From Acholeplasmatales bacterium (lineage in GTDB: Bacteria > Bacillota_I > Bacilli_A > Acholeplasmatales > Anaeroplasmataceae), in assembly GCA_016288855.1 (NCBI GenBank), contig JAEELJ010000028.1, positions 379 through 64,378 of the forward strand: DNA of 64,000 bases, in the 5' to 3' direction. The notes below the pieces were generated by a model. It saw only the letters and a program-made list of their open reading frames with translations. It was not told where the DNA came from and searched no databases. A program made the translations under genes and the position numbers. Positions 17,197 to 27,989 of this stretch are shown here, in pieces (position 1 is the stretch's first letter; every line of letters starts with the position of its first letter).

Positions 17197-20100
17197 TTAG
17201 TATCTATCGACATAGAATTTAACAGTTAATGTATATCCACTAAATGTATAAGTACAATAGAAATATGTTGCAGTATATTCTGTATATGTATTACCATACT
17301 TATCAGTTGTTTGGTAACCCCAAGTTAAAGTACCAGGTGTATTAATTAAACCAAAGTCTGAATAAGTCATATTTCTATAATTATAGTAAAGCTGTGTAAT
17401 AGAAACCTTCTTTGATAGCTTATTTTGATATACTATAGATTTTAATTTAGCATAATCATCATAGTTATCAGAATCCTCAAACATTACAGGAACTCCACTT
17501 GAAATCTTATTATATACAGTAATACCATCTTTAATTAAGTCATTATAAGTTTGGAAATTTGTAATACCATAAGAACCAACAATTGGATTATTTATAGTTT
17601 CTAAGTTTCCATATAAATATACTTCTTCTAGATTATCTAAATCTACTAAATCACTAAATGTTTGAATACTATTATTAGATATATCTAATGTCTTAATAGA
17701 ATCTATATCACAAATTGATGAAATATCTGTAATTCCACAGCCACTTAATTTTAAGTAAGTAACTGATGTTAACTGTGAAATACTTGTTAGTGTTGCACTT
17801 GATAATGTAACACCACTTAGGTTAACCTTAGTAATACTTGTTAAGTTACCGATTCCATAGAAATCTGAAACGTTAGATAATGTACTATCTGATGTAACAT
17901 CTAATGCAATATCAATTGATAACCATTTCTTTGGAATAAATGAAGATGATGTTACACTTGATGCAGCTAGTGTATCTCCATTTGGATTAAAATTATTATA
18001 AATCCAACTAAAGAAATATCTATCCTTAACTGCATTTGTTTGTGATGACGAAGTATTATAGAATAATCCACCACAAATATTAAATGTAGAACTTGTTAAT
18101 TCTGTTACATAAGTATGTCCATCTACTGAATAAGAATATAGATTCCAGTTAGCTGCAGGGCTAAACTTGTAGTTATATAATAACAACATTGGGATATCTA
18201 CTGTTGATGCGTTTTGAGCATTAATTCTAAATATGTATTTAGCATCTCCATATTCAGCAATTGTTTTAACAGTTAATCCATTATTAGTTAAATATGTGTC
18301 TAATAATGTAGTTAAAGAAGTTGTTGTATTACTAAATGTTACTCTTTCAGCACCATTGTAATATAAAATTACATTTAAGCATGAAGGAACACCTAATGCA
18401 TAAGTATAATAATTAAATTCTTCAGAGTTTGTATTTTTATGAGTTTCAAATACATTTGCAAAATCATAACAAATATAAGGGGCTCCTGTACCAAATGAGA
18501 ATGGCATTTCGAATTCATATTCTAAGTCTTCTTGTACCATTGGGTCATATCTATTATAGTATGGTAAGAATCCAGCTACAGTGTCTCCACTTTCTGCTAA
18601 ATAATCAACATACATATCAACATCAACTGATACTGCATCATTACCACTACCAAACGTGAATGTTGCAGTTAAATATGATGTTTTTGCAGGAGGTACTGAA
18701 CTATCTGATGCAGTTAATACATAATCTGAATATGTATAATAATCAGTAGCTTTAGAACCTTCTATAGGACCTTCCTTCAATGAATATGTTAAATTAGTAA
18801 TATTATATCTTGTAACATAGCTATAAGTAGTTGCATCTAAGTTACTACCTAGATCACTTAGCTTATATAGAGTCTTTGAACTACCGGTTGATGAATCATA
18901 GATAATTGCCCCACCATATAATTTGTTTAAAATTAATCTCGCAATTGTTTCATAATCTGAAACATATTGTGAATACATATTTAATACTAAATTAGTTGAA
19001 TTATTAATATTTACAACTAAATGGAAGCAATTATCATTTGGTTGTAGAATATATACATTACTACTTGGATGAGATGTAGTATTAACAGCTGTATTATTTA
19101 TATCTGTTAATTGATATGTAAATGAAATATTATCATCAAATGCGTATAATGGCAATTCTACACTATTAACAAATTCATAATAATTTGAAATAGAAATTTC
19201 TTCATTAACATTTAATGTAACATCTCTATAATATTCTTCTAGATAATCTAGAATTAATTGCTTAGCAACATTATTCTTAACTGTAGAATTACTTAAATTA
19301 ACAACATGTAATTTAAATTGACATGAATATGATGTATCCCAAGATTCATGTGATACTGTTGCAGTTAATGTTACATCTTCTGTAGTAGTAGGTAATGTAA
19401 CCTTACCATAATTCGAAATAATATTTTCATTACTTGATGTATAAGTAATATTTACATCAGTTGATAAATAATGCATTGGTAAATCTAAATCCTTATATAC
19501 AAATGAGCATAACTCATCTGTATTAGAATTAAAGATACAATTTGTTTTTGTTGTAATAAACTTTGATTGATTAATTACATATGATGAAACACTAACTTCT
19601 TCATAATTAGCTTTATTAACCTTTCTAGTTAAGTCAGAGCCAATTGAATCACTAACATAATATAATGCATTATATGCAGTATATTTAGGATCAATATTTA
19701 ATACTGTAACTGTGTTAGCTTCTATTGTTACTGTAGTGTTATTGTAATATGTAACATTAGATGTAACAAAACTTGCATTAGCTAAATCTACAACAATCTT
19801 ACCTAAGCTATTTGATCCTGTATTAATTATTCCACCATATATGCTGAAGCAACCAGCATATCCATGTCTAAAAGTTAATGTATTATCATTAAGATTTAAT
19901 GTTTTACCATTTAAATCTAAATGTACATCTGATGTTACCTCGATACTAGATTCTAATTCAATATTACTAGTCAATCTTAAAATCTTTCTTGCTTGTGCAT
20001 CAGAAACAATATTACTATCGTTATAAGCACTAGCTTTTGAATTCATAAATAAATCTTCAAAAGAGGCTATTTCAATGACATTTTCATCACTTATATCTGT

Positions 20101-20223
20101 TTGTGCTGTAGCAGTCTTATTAGATGTAGCATTTAAATATGCAAAAACAGATACACATGCTAAACATATTAACATGAATGATAAAGATATAAATATTATT
20201 ATTTTACTTCTTTTACTATTCAT
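17197..20223 (-). CDS. large surface protein with beta-helix-like N-region, Ig-like module and C-terminal leucine-rich repeats (operon 2, gene 2)
   Basis: 1008 aa. Leader ...CLACVSVFA|YLNATSNK. LRR block LTSITKVNLSGVTLSSATLTSISQLTSVTYLKLSGCGITDISSICDIDSIKTLDISNNSIQTFSDLVDLDNLEEVYLYGN. Module NITYTSSNENIISNYGKVTLPTTTEDVTLTATV. No LPXTG. Confidence 0.75.
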   Translation of the reverse strand: MNSKRSKIIIFISLSFMLICLACVSVFAYLNATSNKTATAQTDISDENVIEIASFEDLFMNSKASAYNDSNIVSDAQARKILRLTSNIELESSIEVTSDVHLDLNGKTLNLNDNTLTFRHGYAGCFSIYGGIINTGSNSLGKIVVDLANASFVTSNVTYYNNTTVTIEANTVTVLNIDPKYTAYNALYYVSDSIGSDLTRKVNKANYEEVSVSSYVINQSKFITTKTNCIFNSNTDELCSFVYKDLDLPMHYLSTDVNITYTSSNENIISNYGKVTLPTTTEDVTLTATVSHESWDTSYSCQFKLHVVNLSNSTVKNNVAKQLILDYLEEYYRDVTLNVNEEISISNYYEFVNSVELPLYAFDDNISFTYQLTDINNTAVNTTSHPSSNVYILQPNDNCFHLVVNINNSTNLVLNMYSQYVSDYETIARLILNKLYGGAIIYDSSTGSSKTLYKLSDLGSNLDATTYSYVTRYNITNLTYSLKEGPIEGSKATDYYTYSDYVLTASDSSVPPAKTSYLTATFTFGSGNDAVSVDVDMYVDYLAESGDTVAGFLPYYNRYDPMVQEDLEYEFEMPFSFGTGAPYICYDFANVFETHKNTNSEEFNYYTYALGVPSCLNVILYYNGAERVTFSNTTTSLTTLLDTYLTNNGLTVKTIAEYGDAKYIFRINAQNASTVDIPMLLLYNYKFSPAANWNLYSYSVDGHTYVTELTSSTFNICGGLFYNTSSSQTNAVKDRYFFSWIYNNFNPNGDTLAASSVTSSSFIPKKWLSIDIALDVTSDSTLSNVSDFYGIGNLTSITKVNLSGVTLSSATLTSISQLTSVTYLKLSGCGITDISSICDIDSIKTLDISNNSIQTFSDLVDLDNLEEVYLYGNLETINNPIVGSYGITNFQTYNDLIKDGITVYNKISSGVPVMFEDSDNYDDYAKLKSIVYQNKLSKKVSITQLYYNYRNMTYSDFGLINTPGTLTWGYQTTDKYGNTYTEYTATYFYCTYTFSGYTLTVKFYVDRY

Positions 20224-20249
20224 ATAAATAGCCTCCTTTCATTTTAATA

Positions 20250-23200
20250 TTATTCGTATAATGAACCTACGAACTTCATCTTATAAATCTTCTTGTACTC
20301 TAATACTGTACCATCAGTTTGAACAGTACGTATTAATGCGGTAATTTGTACAGTAAATGTACCAGAATAACCTAAATAATCACCGGTTCTTTGAACTAAC
20401 TTATCGTTTGTTAAACTTGTATAAGTACTTTCACCATTAATTGTAATTCCCATATCGTTATATTTAACTAAGTTAACGATATTAGTCTTTTCATCTAATG
20501 TTACTTTATACCAGCCTGCATTAAAGAAACCGAAACCAGCTTGTGCGGTTGAACGTACTATATCTCCTACACTTAATTGACCAGTACCTAAAGCAATTAA
20601 GATATTATCTGATGTATCTTCAGTATATGCTTTTACTTCAACCCATTCAAATGCAGTATTTTTAGCATTCGGCATTATTCTATAAATGTAGCCAGGTCTT
20701 ACATAAATACCACTTGATATATATCTTGCTGTGCCTGAATATGCATAATATCTACCATAATATGAGCCATATAAATAATCTTTAAAATGGCTGTTTGCTT
20801 CAGTTAATATAGAATCCATGTTTGTTCCACCACTATCGGCCACAGATTCTGCATAATGTTCCCATTCAAGAACACCATCATTAACAGTCAAATTATAAGC
20901 ATGGTTTTTAGAATAAATTGTTTGAATATATAAAGGTGACCAAGAATATATATTATCTGTCACAGTTTCTCCTGTATACCTAAATATATATTCATATCCA
21001 CTAGATAAGCCATAATAGAATTCAACTTGTTTATTTAATAAATCAGTATTTGCTGAAGTTAAATCAGTCGTATATGTTGCATATGGTATTACAACTGTTG
21101 AAGATAATTCCCAATTAGATGTTAAATGTTCATATAAATAAGCCATATCAGAATAGCCTTCATCATTTATTGTATATTCAACATCATTATAAACATATGT
21201 GTATTCAGAATTAGTTCCTTCAGTATCAGCTGGAAATCTACTTCTTATATCACTTATCAAATAAGTTTGCGTTGAGTTAAGTGTATTTATAGTTATAGAT
21301 TTAATATTCAGTGGGTTAGAAAGATATACTTTATCACTACTTGATGTTTCATTATACCAAATATTTATTACGTAAATAATAGAATTAGATGAAGTATATT
21401 TTCTTTCAATACTATTATCAACATAATCATAACTAGAAAATACAGCAATGATCGTATTAGTCTTTAGAGTCACATTATTAATTATGGTATTTTCACCTGT
21501 ATAGAAATAATATTTGTAACTAGTCGTTCTTGTTTCTGAGACTATTGATTTAAGATCAGTATATTCTAAAATAGCACCTTCGATTTTATCTACTTCATAT
21601 CCTACCTTATAAGCTTCAATAGTATCAGTTGAATTATCCTTATAAGTTACTACAAAATTAGGATTAATTGTATAGTTAATAGTAGTACTTACGCCAGTAG
21701 ATACAGTCCATCTTCCTTTAGCATCTTTATTGCTATGATATTTCACATAAAAATCATCAGTGCATCGCAATCTAAATGTAGTGTTTTCATATAGTTGTAT
21801 ATAATAATAACCACTTGTATACTGCACAAGAGTATAAGAAAGTGCACTATTAATATTAGTTGTTACAGAAGGAATAATATCGTTTGCAATAGTATCTGAT
21901 TTGTTACCGATTAAATATAACTGATTGTTATAAACAAAACATAAATAATATCTTTCATTAAGATAAACATCCTCAGTTATAGTAGTATTAGCTTTATATG
22001 ATTTATTCAAAATATTTTTAACATTCTCTTCTGATAAAAAATACACTCTATTATATTGACCAGCCGTTCCTGTTGAAGTATCCTGAGTCAATCCTGGAAT
22101 ACCACTAAAACTTCTATATGATAAATATCTTTTTTTCGAACTATTATAATAATAATATTGTGCAGAAATTGTAATAGTTACACTAGTACTATTTTCAGTA
22201 TACCAAGTTACAGTTTCAAGATTAGTAGTTGTTCCGGCTTCCACTTCTTCATAAGAAGTCTCAGTTGTAGTTTTTACTTCGAAATCAGATACATCAACAT
22301 TTTCAAAACCTACTGATGGAAGACTTGTTGTAGTTGTTTTACTTGATAAGCCTAAATCATTAAAGACAATAGTTGAACCAGAGGCCCCAATTTTATATAT
22401 ATGTCCCTCTATAAAACTATATGTACCATTTTTATAACTATAGGTAAATGATTCTGAACAATAATAGAAAGGAGATACCATTTGATTCATTTCACTTATT
22501 GATGTAATTTCAGGATACTTACCAGGATTTGTTATTCTACCATATAATTCATTACCTTCATCAATTCTCCAATTGATTGTAGTAGTTGAACCATCTTCAT
22601 TATATATAACATTAGTCATATACATATATTTAGATATGAACTTATTGAAATCAGATAGATCTGCTAAATCAGATGCTCTACTTGAATCATTACTATATGT
22701 ATTTACACCATTTGCATTCTTATAATAAATAGTACATGTAGATGTTGCTATATTATCGATTGCAAATTCTTGGTATTCATATTCAACACCAATATTAGTA
22801 ATATTAACATAAGTATAATTACCTCTATTAACATTTACTAATTCATTTACACTATGAATACCTAAATTGTTAGATAAATCAAGATATGTTAATTTATCAT
22901 AATTCTTTATGTTAGTTAAATCAAAATTTGTATTAGTATGTGCAACATTTTGCATTACTAATCTAGAAATTTCTTTATTAACTAATGATGTTCTTGCAAC
23001 TAATGTTGATAAACCATTTTCACTTAAGAATGCAGCTAAGTTATCATTTCCATATATTTCTAAAGTACTTAAATTAGTAAAATATGATAATGCTGACTTT
23101 AAGCTATCAACATTTGTTACATATGGAATACCACTATTTAAAGATGTCTTAAATGTTGTAGTATTTTCACCATACTTATTTAATTCATATTTTTTACTTC

Positions 23201-26200
23201 CATAATTATAGTTATTATAAAATTCCTTAATTAATAAAGATACACCATCAGCTGTGAAATATGTAGGAATTTCTAAACATGCATCAAACGCATTTAATAA
23301 AGCTTTACCAGCAGTATTAAAGTTTGATAATGAGAATCCATAATAATATATTCCACCATCATCTTGTAATACTTTATTAATATTTGAATAATTACTTGTT
23401 AATGAAGTATTTAGACCGGTTGTGCTGCCACTACTTGCAGATATACCGTTAAGCCAGAACACTCTTAATATAGTAAGTTCATCTTCTGTAATATATGATG
23501 TTCTATCTGATGCAAGTAATGAGTAGTTTTTGGCTGATCCATTACCATCTCCACCTGATGAACCACCAGCAAATGTATATCTACACCACCATTTGCCATT
23601 ATTCAACTGAACTGAATAATTAATGTTATAAGATGTTCCATTGTAAGTATAAGATGATAGATTTGAAGTACTTTCAACCCATCTATATCTAGTATTGTAA
23701 ATTTCCTGACATGGGGCAGCATCATCTTTATTAACTGTAGTTGTTGAAACCGCATAACGTTGAATAACTTCCATATACTTACCAAATATAGTAGCGAAGT
23801 TTGTTGCAGTACCACCATTATAATATGTACTTAGAGATTTACTTACAGAAACAATTACTTGATTTAACAATTCTGGATTTGTATAGATATATCCAGGAGC
23901 TTCATTAAATGATTCTAAATATACATTATTCCAGTCAGAATCAGATGCACCAGTATAATATTTATATACTTGCTTAATTACAGCTAATTCATCTTCATTT
24001 AAATAATCTTCTGCATTAGACTTAGTAGATGTTAAGCTTCCTAATGCTTGAGTATTTGATACAACAGTTGATGCAGCAACTCTAGTATCACTTGTTGCCC
24101 ATTCAATTAATCTAGCTAAATCATAGGCAGCTGTATCAGATGTTTGCTGTTCATTTGTACTTCTTGTCATAAACTTTAATATAGATACACCTTGTGCATA
24201 TTGAGATGCTTGAGTATAACCACATACTTCTAAGTAATATCCATCATTTGTATCATATTCAGTTAAATAATTAACATCACCAACTATATCTCTTAATAAT
24301 ACATAGTTAATATTAGAATCAGATAATATAGTATCTGATGTAGAATAGCCTGTATTACCAGTCTTTTCATTAGATGGTAGTTGACTAAATACTTGATATT
24401 TAGCTGATTCATATAATGAAATAGTACCAAAATTATCAACATGTAATGCAGCAGGTACAACTACATAGAAAGTTCTTGATTTAGAAGTTTCTGCAATAGT
24501 CCCCTTCTTATAATATACTGTTGCTTTAAAGGCAACTGTAGTTTCATATTCATTAAAGTATTCAGGATTGATTGTAAAATCATATTTATCGTTTACTGAA
24601 TCATATGTTATTGAATCAATAATTGTATTAGCACCTGAGAATACAATTGTATATTCAGGATCTTCTTTATATGTTGCTGATAATGAGAAATCACCTTTTT
24701 CTTCTCCCATACCATCACTTATTCTTGTTGCAATGATATTACCTAAAACACTTATTTCTTGTAATTCATTTGATACTTGAATAAATGCTTTTTCTAGTAA
24801 CTGAGTATTTGAACCAACTGAAATACTAATATTAATATGTGTTGAATATGTTTCATCATTACCGAAATCACCAGTAATAGTAATTCTTGCAAAGCTGTTT
24901 AATGTTTCTGTATTCAAATATAATGTATTTCCTGATTGAGTAATATAATCATATGCAGCAATTTGTTCTTCTGTCATTGAATATGTAATAGATTCAATTC
25001 CAATATCTTTAAATGCAGACCAGTTAAATAATTGAGTATTCACTGGAGAATCATATGATGTTCTATAATCATATTCATTAAATGTACCATTGCTATTTTG
25101 ACTTACAATTGGTAAATGATATAATGCATCATCTGCATCAGATGCATCATTATATACATTTGCAATAACAATTGGTGAAATTTCTTGTACTAACTTATAG
25201 AAATTAATTTCATTGTTATGTACAGAAACCTTAAAATCAAATGTTCTAGTTACAACTGTATCATTAATCTTAATTTCAGCTAGTAATGATACTTCTGCAT
25301 TTTCTAATCTTGTTGCAGCAATCTTACCTTGTGAAGAAATAATATCTTCATCACTTGACTTCCAAGTGATTGTTGCATTTTGATCTTTAATATATGTAGG
25401 TAAGAATAAATCAGTTGATACAATATCACCATCATTAGGTAGGTGAGCTAATGTAGCATCGATTAATTCTGATTTAGAACCTAAAACCTTAAATTCAATA
25501 GTTTCATCTTCTACTACTATTGATGCAACCTTTGAATAATATTCATTAGATGTATTAGTAATAATAATATTAGGAGATGTATATTGACAATTAGAGCCTA
25601 CAGTTATATTTAATCCATAGAATGAATATGGGCCTAAAATATTTGTAGTTGAGCCACAAGATAAGGCTTCACCTATTACATCTTTAATATGATTAAAAAC
25701 TAAAGATTTTGCTCCATCTTCATCATAATAGCTTCCTAATGTAATAGTTCCATTAATACTACTATTACCTAAAATTTCTAATAATGCATCAGGTGATGTA
25801 GTATTATCATCATTAATAGTTAAAGAACCATTTAATGTACCATTTAGGTAAATAGTTGTTGGATTTTTAATTGTATAAGAGTTTGTTAATGTAACATTAT
25901 TACAAATAACAATTGTTGGATTAACACTAAATAAGCCTGAATTAACGTCATCAATTGCACGACTAAATGTTTCTTCATTAGTTACGTAGATATAATCTAA
26001 GTAATCAGCATTTTGAGTAATTGTTGTTATAGAGATTGTAACAGTCTTACCATCAAATAAAGAATTTTCAGCTGCTTGATGTAACTCAAACTTTAATGTA
26101 TCAGTTCCACTTTCTGCTAGTGGAATGAAAGAATATTTATTTTCTATATCTAAAGGTACAGTAGTTAATTCTGCTAATGTACCAATGTATTCATCATTAA

Positions 26201-26522
26201 AATAAACTAAAATTGCTTTCTTTAGATTATCATCACCTGATGTTGCTTCTACATTATATATATTATGTAATACTACACCAGATTGATTTGTAGTTGAAAT
26301 TGTGATAGTTTTTGCGTCACCAGCTGCTTCATATGTAAAGCTATAGCTTCCAGTTGAAGATGAGTACTGTGTAGTTGCAGTAACTTCAGTTGTAGAGATA
26401 TCAATATTACCTCTTGATGATGTTGAAGTAATTAATGCATATACACCAACTGATATTGCTGTTGCAATGATCATTGCTGATAATATAATAAGCATTACAA
26501 GTCTTCTACTTATCTTCTTCAT
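20250..26522 (-). CDS. giant surface protein (2090 aa) with Ig-like and LRR modules (operon 2, gene 1)
   Basis: I place the start at the internal ATG at 26522 (MKKISRRLVMLIILS...), which has GGAGG 9 nt upstream. The tracked 26666 start would run through the riboswitch terminator. Contains ATITWKSSDEDIISSQGKIAATRLENAEVSLLAEI and an LRR-like segment YDKLTYLDLSNNLGIHSVNELV. No LPXTG. Confidence 0.8.
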   Translation of the reverse strand: MKKISRRLVMLIILSAMIIATAISVGVYALITSTSSRGNIDISTTEVTATTQYSSSTGSYSFTYEAAGDAKTITISTTNQSGVVLHNIYNVEATSGDDNLKKAILVYFNDEYIGTLAELTTVPLDIENKYSFIPLAESGTDTLKFELHQAAENSLFDGKTVTISITTITQNADYLDYIYVTNEETFSRAIDDVNSGLFSVNPTIVICNNVTLTNSYTIKNPTTIYLNGTLNGSLTINDDNTTSPDALLEILGNSSINGTITLGSYYDEDGAKSLVFNHIKDVIGEALSCGSTTNILGPYSFYGLNITVGSNCQYTSPNIIITNTSNEYYSKVASIVVEDETIEFKVLGSKSELIDATLAHLPNDGDIVSTDLFLPTYIKDQNATITWKSSDEDIISSQGKIAATRLENAEVSLLAEIKINDTVVTRTFDFKVSVHNNEINFYKLVQEISPIVIANVYNDASDADDALYHLPIVSQNSNGTFNEYDYRTSYDSPVNTQLFNWSAFKDIGIESITYSMTEEQIAAYDYITQSGNTLYLNTETLNSFARITITGDFGNDETYSTHINISISVGSNTQLLEKAFIQVSNELQEISVLGNIIATRISDGMGEEKGDFSLSATYKEDPEYTIVFSGANTIIDSITYDSVNDKYDFTINPEYFNEYETTVAFKATVYYKKGTIAETSKSRTFYVVVPAALHVDNFGTISLYESAKYQVFSQLPSNEKTGNTGYSTSDTILSDSNINYVLLRDIVGDVNYLTEYDTNDGYYLEVCGYTQASQYAQGVSILKFMTRSTNEQQTSDTAAYDLARLIEWATSDTRVAASTVVSNTQALGSLTSTKSNAEDYLNEDELAVIKQVYKYYTGASDSDWNNVYLESFNEAPGYIYTNPELLNQVIVSVSKSLSTYYNGGTATNFATIFGKYMEVIQRYAVSTTTVNKDDAAPCQEIYNTRYRWVESTSNLSSYTYNGTSYNINYSVQLNNGKWWCRYTFAGGSSGGDGNGSAKNYSLLASDRTSYITEDELTILRVFWLNGISASSGSTTGLNTSLTSNYSNINKVLQDDGGIYYYGFSLSNFNTAGKALLNAFDACLEIPTYFTADGVSLLIKEFYNNYNYGSKKYELNKYGENTTTFKTSLNSGIPYVTNVDSLKSALSYFTNLSTLEIYGNDNLAAFLSENGLSTLVARTSLVNKEISRLVMQNVAHTNTNFDLTNIKNYDKLTYLDLSNNLGIHSVNELVNVNRGNYTYVNITNIGVEYEYQEFAIDNIATSTCTIYYKNANGVNTYSNDSSRASDLADLSDFNKFISKYMYMTNVIYNEDGSTTTINWRIDEGNELYGRITNPGKYPEITSISEMNQMVSPFYYCSESFTYSYKNGTYSFIEGHIYKIGASGSTIVFNDLGLSSKTTTTSLPSVGFENVDVSDFEVKTTTETSYEEVEAGTTTNLETVTWYTENSTSVTITISAQYYYYNSSKKRYLSYRSFSGIPGLTQDTSTGTAGQYNRVYFLSEENVKNILNKSYKANTTITEDVYLNERYYLCFVYNNQLYLIGNKSDTIANDIIPSVTTNINSALSYTLVQYTSGYYYIQLYENTTFRLRCTDDFYVKYHSNKDAKGRWTVSTGVSTTINYTINPNFVVTYKDNSTDTIEAYKVGYEVDKIEGAILEYTDLKSIVSETRTTSYKYYFYTGENTIINNVTLKTNTIIAVFSSYDYVDNSIERKYTSSNSIIYVINIWYNETSSSDKVYLSNPLNIKSITINTLNSTQTYLISDIRSRFPADTEGTNSEYTYVYNDVEYTINDEGYSDMAYLYEHLTSNWELSSTVVIPYATYTTDLTSANTDLLNKQVEFYYGLSSGYEYIFRYTGETVTDNIYSWSPLYIQTIYSKNHAYNLTVNDGVLEWEHYAESVADSGGTNMDSILTEANSHFKDYLYGSYYGRYYAYSGTARYISSGIYVRPGYIYRIMPNAKNTAFEWVEVKAYTEDTSDNILIALGTGQLSVGDIVRSTAQAGFGFFNAGWYKVTLDEKTNIVNLVKYNDMGITINGESTYTSLTNDKLVQRTGDYLGYSGTFTVQITALIRTVQTDGTVLEYKKIYKMKFVGSLYE

Positions 26523-26589
26523 ATGAAAGCACCTCCTTCTGATATTAATTTCAAAAATCGGATTAGTTAAAGCAACCTTATATTTCCAT

Positions 26590-26695
26590 AAAAAAAGCCA
26601 GTTGTCCTTTTGCAACTGGCTGTCTTTTTTGGAAATCCACCTAAAGACCCTATAGCTTTGCGTCATAAGATTGCTCTTACTTTGCCCATAAATAA
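26590..26695 (-). promoter_or_regulatory. c-di-GMP-I (GEMM-I) riboswitch with intrinsic terminator, leader of operon 2
   Basis: Minus-strand RNA: GGGCAAAG[GUAAGA-GCAA-UCUUAU]GACGCAAAGCUAUAGGGUCUUUAGGUGGAUUUCCAAAAAAGACAGCC. This is followed by AGCCAGUUG-N8-CAACUGGCU plus U7 (26590-26621). The GCAAA / GNRA-capped hairpin / GACGCAAAGC core is the GEMM-I signature. Confidence 0.8.
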
Positions 26696-26913
26696 AAGTA
26701 GTTTAATTGCAAAACAACTAATCCTAGAACGAAAAACTAAATTAACTTTAACCTTTACTAAGTTCAGTATAAACGAAAAACATTTAAAAGTCTAGTATTT
26801 TTTAATTAATTTTTAACTTTTTATGCATGTAAGTGTTAAAATTATCTATTTTATTCAAATTGTAAATATCTTTCTGATTTGAAGTATAATTCTTATTTTA
26901 TATTATTTTCAAA

Positions 26914-27891
26914 TTAAAATTTATTAACATCAATAATACTCTTCCAACCAAACTGTGGCCCATTAGGAAGTGGAAAACCTAATGAATCATATATTTGTTT
27001 CATAGAAACAACATTCAAATGTCTCCTTAGCACCCTTAATATATTATTAATACCTATATAAAAATCTTTGAAATCACTTTGAGTTAACATGTATTTAAAG
27101 ACTAAAACCATTGAAAACAAATCATTTTTTCCAAAAATATAATGTCCAAGACCGTCTTTTTGAATATTCATTTTTTTATGTATAGGCATATCTGATATTT
27201 TCTTATCCATATCATATATTCTATAAAACATTATTCTATAATCATGTGCACATACATTTCGAAACATATTTATCGTTTCCAAAAAAGATTTTAACTGTGT
27301 AAATGTTAAAGAGTAATATTTATTTGCAATATAATCTCTAATCGATTGTTTCATATTAATCAAAAAGATTTTTAATGTACCAAATTCAAATGTATTTACT
27401 AAAGCCCAAATAGGTACAATCTCTGCAGCAGATGAGAAATGATTTATCATATCATCATGACTATCATTTTTCACTCTACTTGCGTTATTAGTAATTTTAT
27501 TAATCATACTAGAAACATATGTAGGCTGATTTATTGTAGTTATAAGATCGAATGAAGATGGAATTGTCCATTTATCAGACCCTTCCGTTCTGGCGAATTC
27601 ATGTGCAACATGACGACGTAAAGTATCTTCTATTATTAATATATAACGCAAAATTAAGTTTTTTAATTTCTTATCGAAGTTATTGATAGCAATAACCTCT
27701 TCGAAATATAAATTTGAAACATAATGCTCTGGTTTTATTGTTGTATCTACAAAAAGAGATTTAAAACCATTAATTATATTGTAGTAATTCGTATTTTCTA
27801 GAACACTTTTAGCTTTAGGAATGCTTTTAAAATTCATTCCTTTATTTTGTAATTGATTAATTTGTTGATTTACTGAATAGTATGGTCTCAT
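26914..27891 (-). CDS. Abi_2 (AbiD/AbiF-like) abortive-infection family protein
   Basis: Start at 27891 (MRPYYSVNQQINQLQNKGMNF...ENTNYYNIINGFKSLF) with GGGAG 6 nt upstream. This N-terminal pattern and the later CAHDYR motif are typical of the Abi_2 family. Confidence 0.7.
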   Translation of the reverse strand: MRPYYSVNQQINQLQNKGMNFKSIPKAKSVLENTNYYNIINGFKSLFVDTTIKPEHYVSNLYFEEVIAINNFDKKLKNLILRYILIIEDTLRRHVAHEFARTEGSDKWTIPSSFDLITTINQPTYVSSMINKITNNASRVKNDSHDDMINHFSSAAEIVPIWALVNTFEFGTLKIFLINMKQSIRDYIANKYYSLTFTQLKSFLETINMFRNVCAHDYRIMFYRIYDMDKKISDMPIHKKMNIQKDGLGHYIFGKNDLFSMVLVFKYMLTQSDFKDFYIGINNILRVLRRHLNVVSMKQIYDSLGFPLPNGPQFGWKSIIDVNKF

Positions 27892-27989
27892 ATGTTTCTC
27901 CCAATAAAAAAATGAGCAGCCCTTCTTGCCACAATTGTGCATCGGTTACCCTTTTTCTAAGAAGTTCACACTCATTACTGTTCAATACT

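Noticed and set aside
26523-26666. N-terminal extension of the 2138-aa ORF (MTQSYRVFRWISKK...), and likewise 42736-42786 for the first gene of operon 1.
   Set aside because: The extensions run through the riboswitch terminator hairpins and U-tracts and have no RBS. The internal ATGs at 26522 and 42735 have GGAGG-type RBSs and begin canonical K/R-rich signal sequences.
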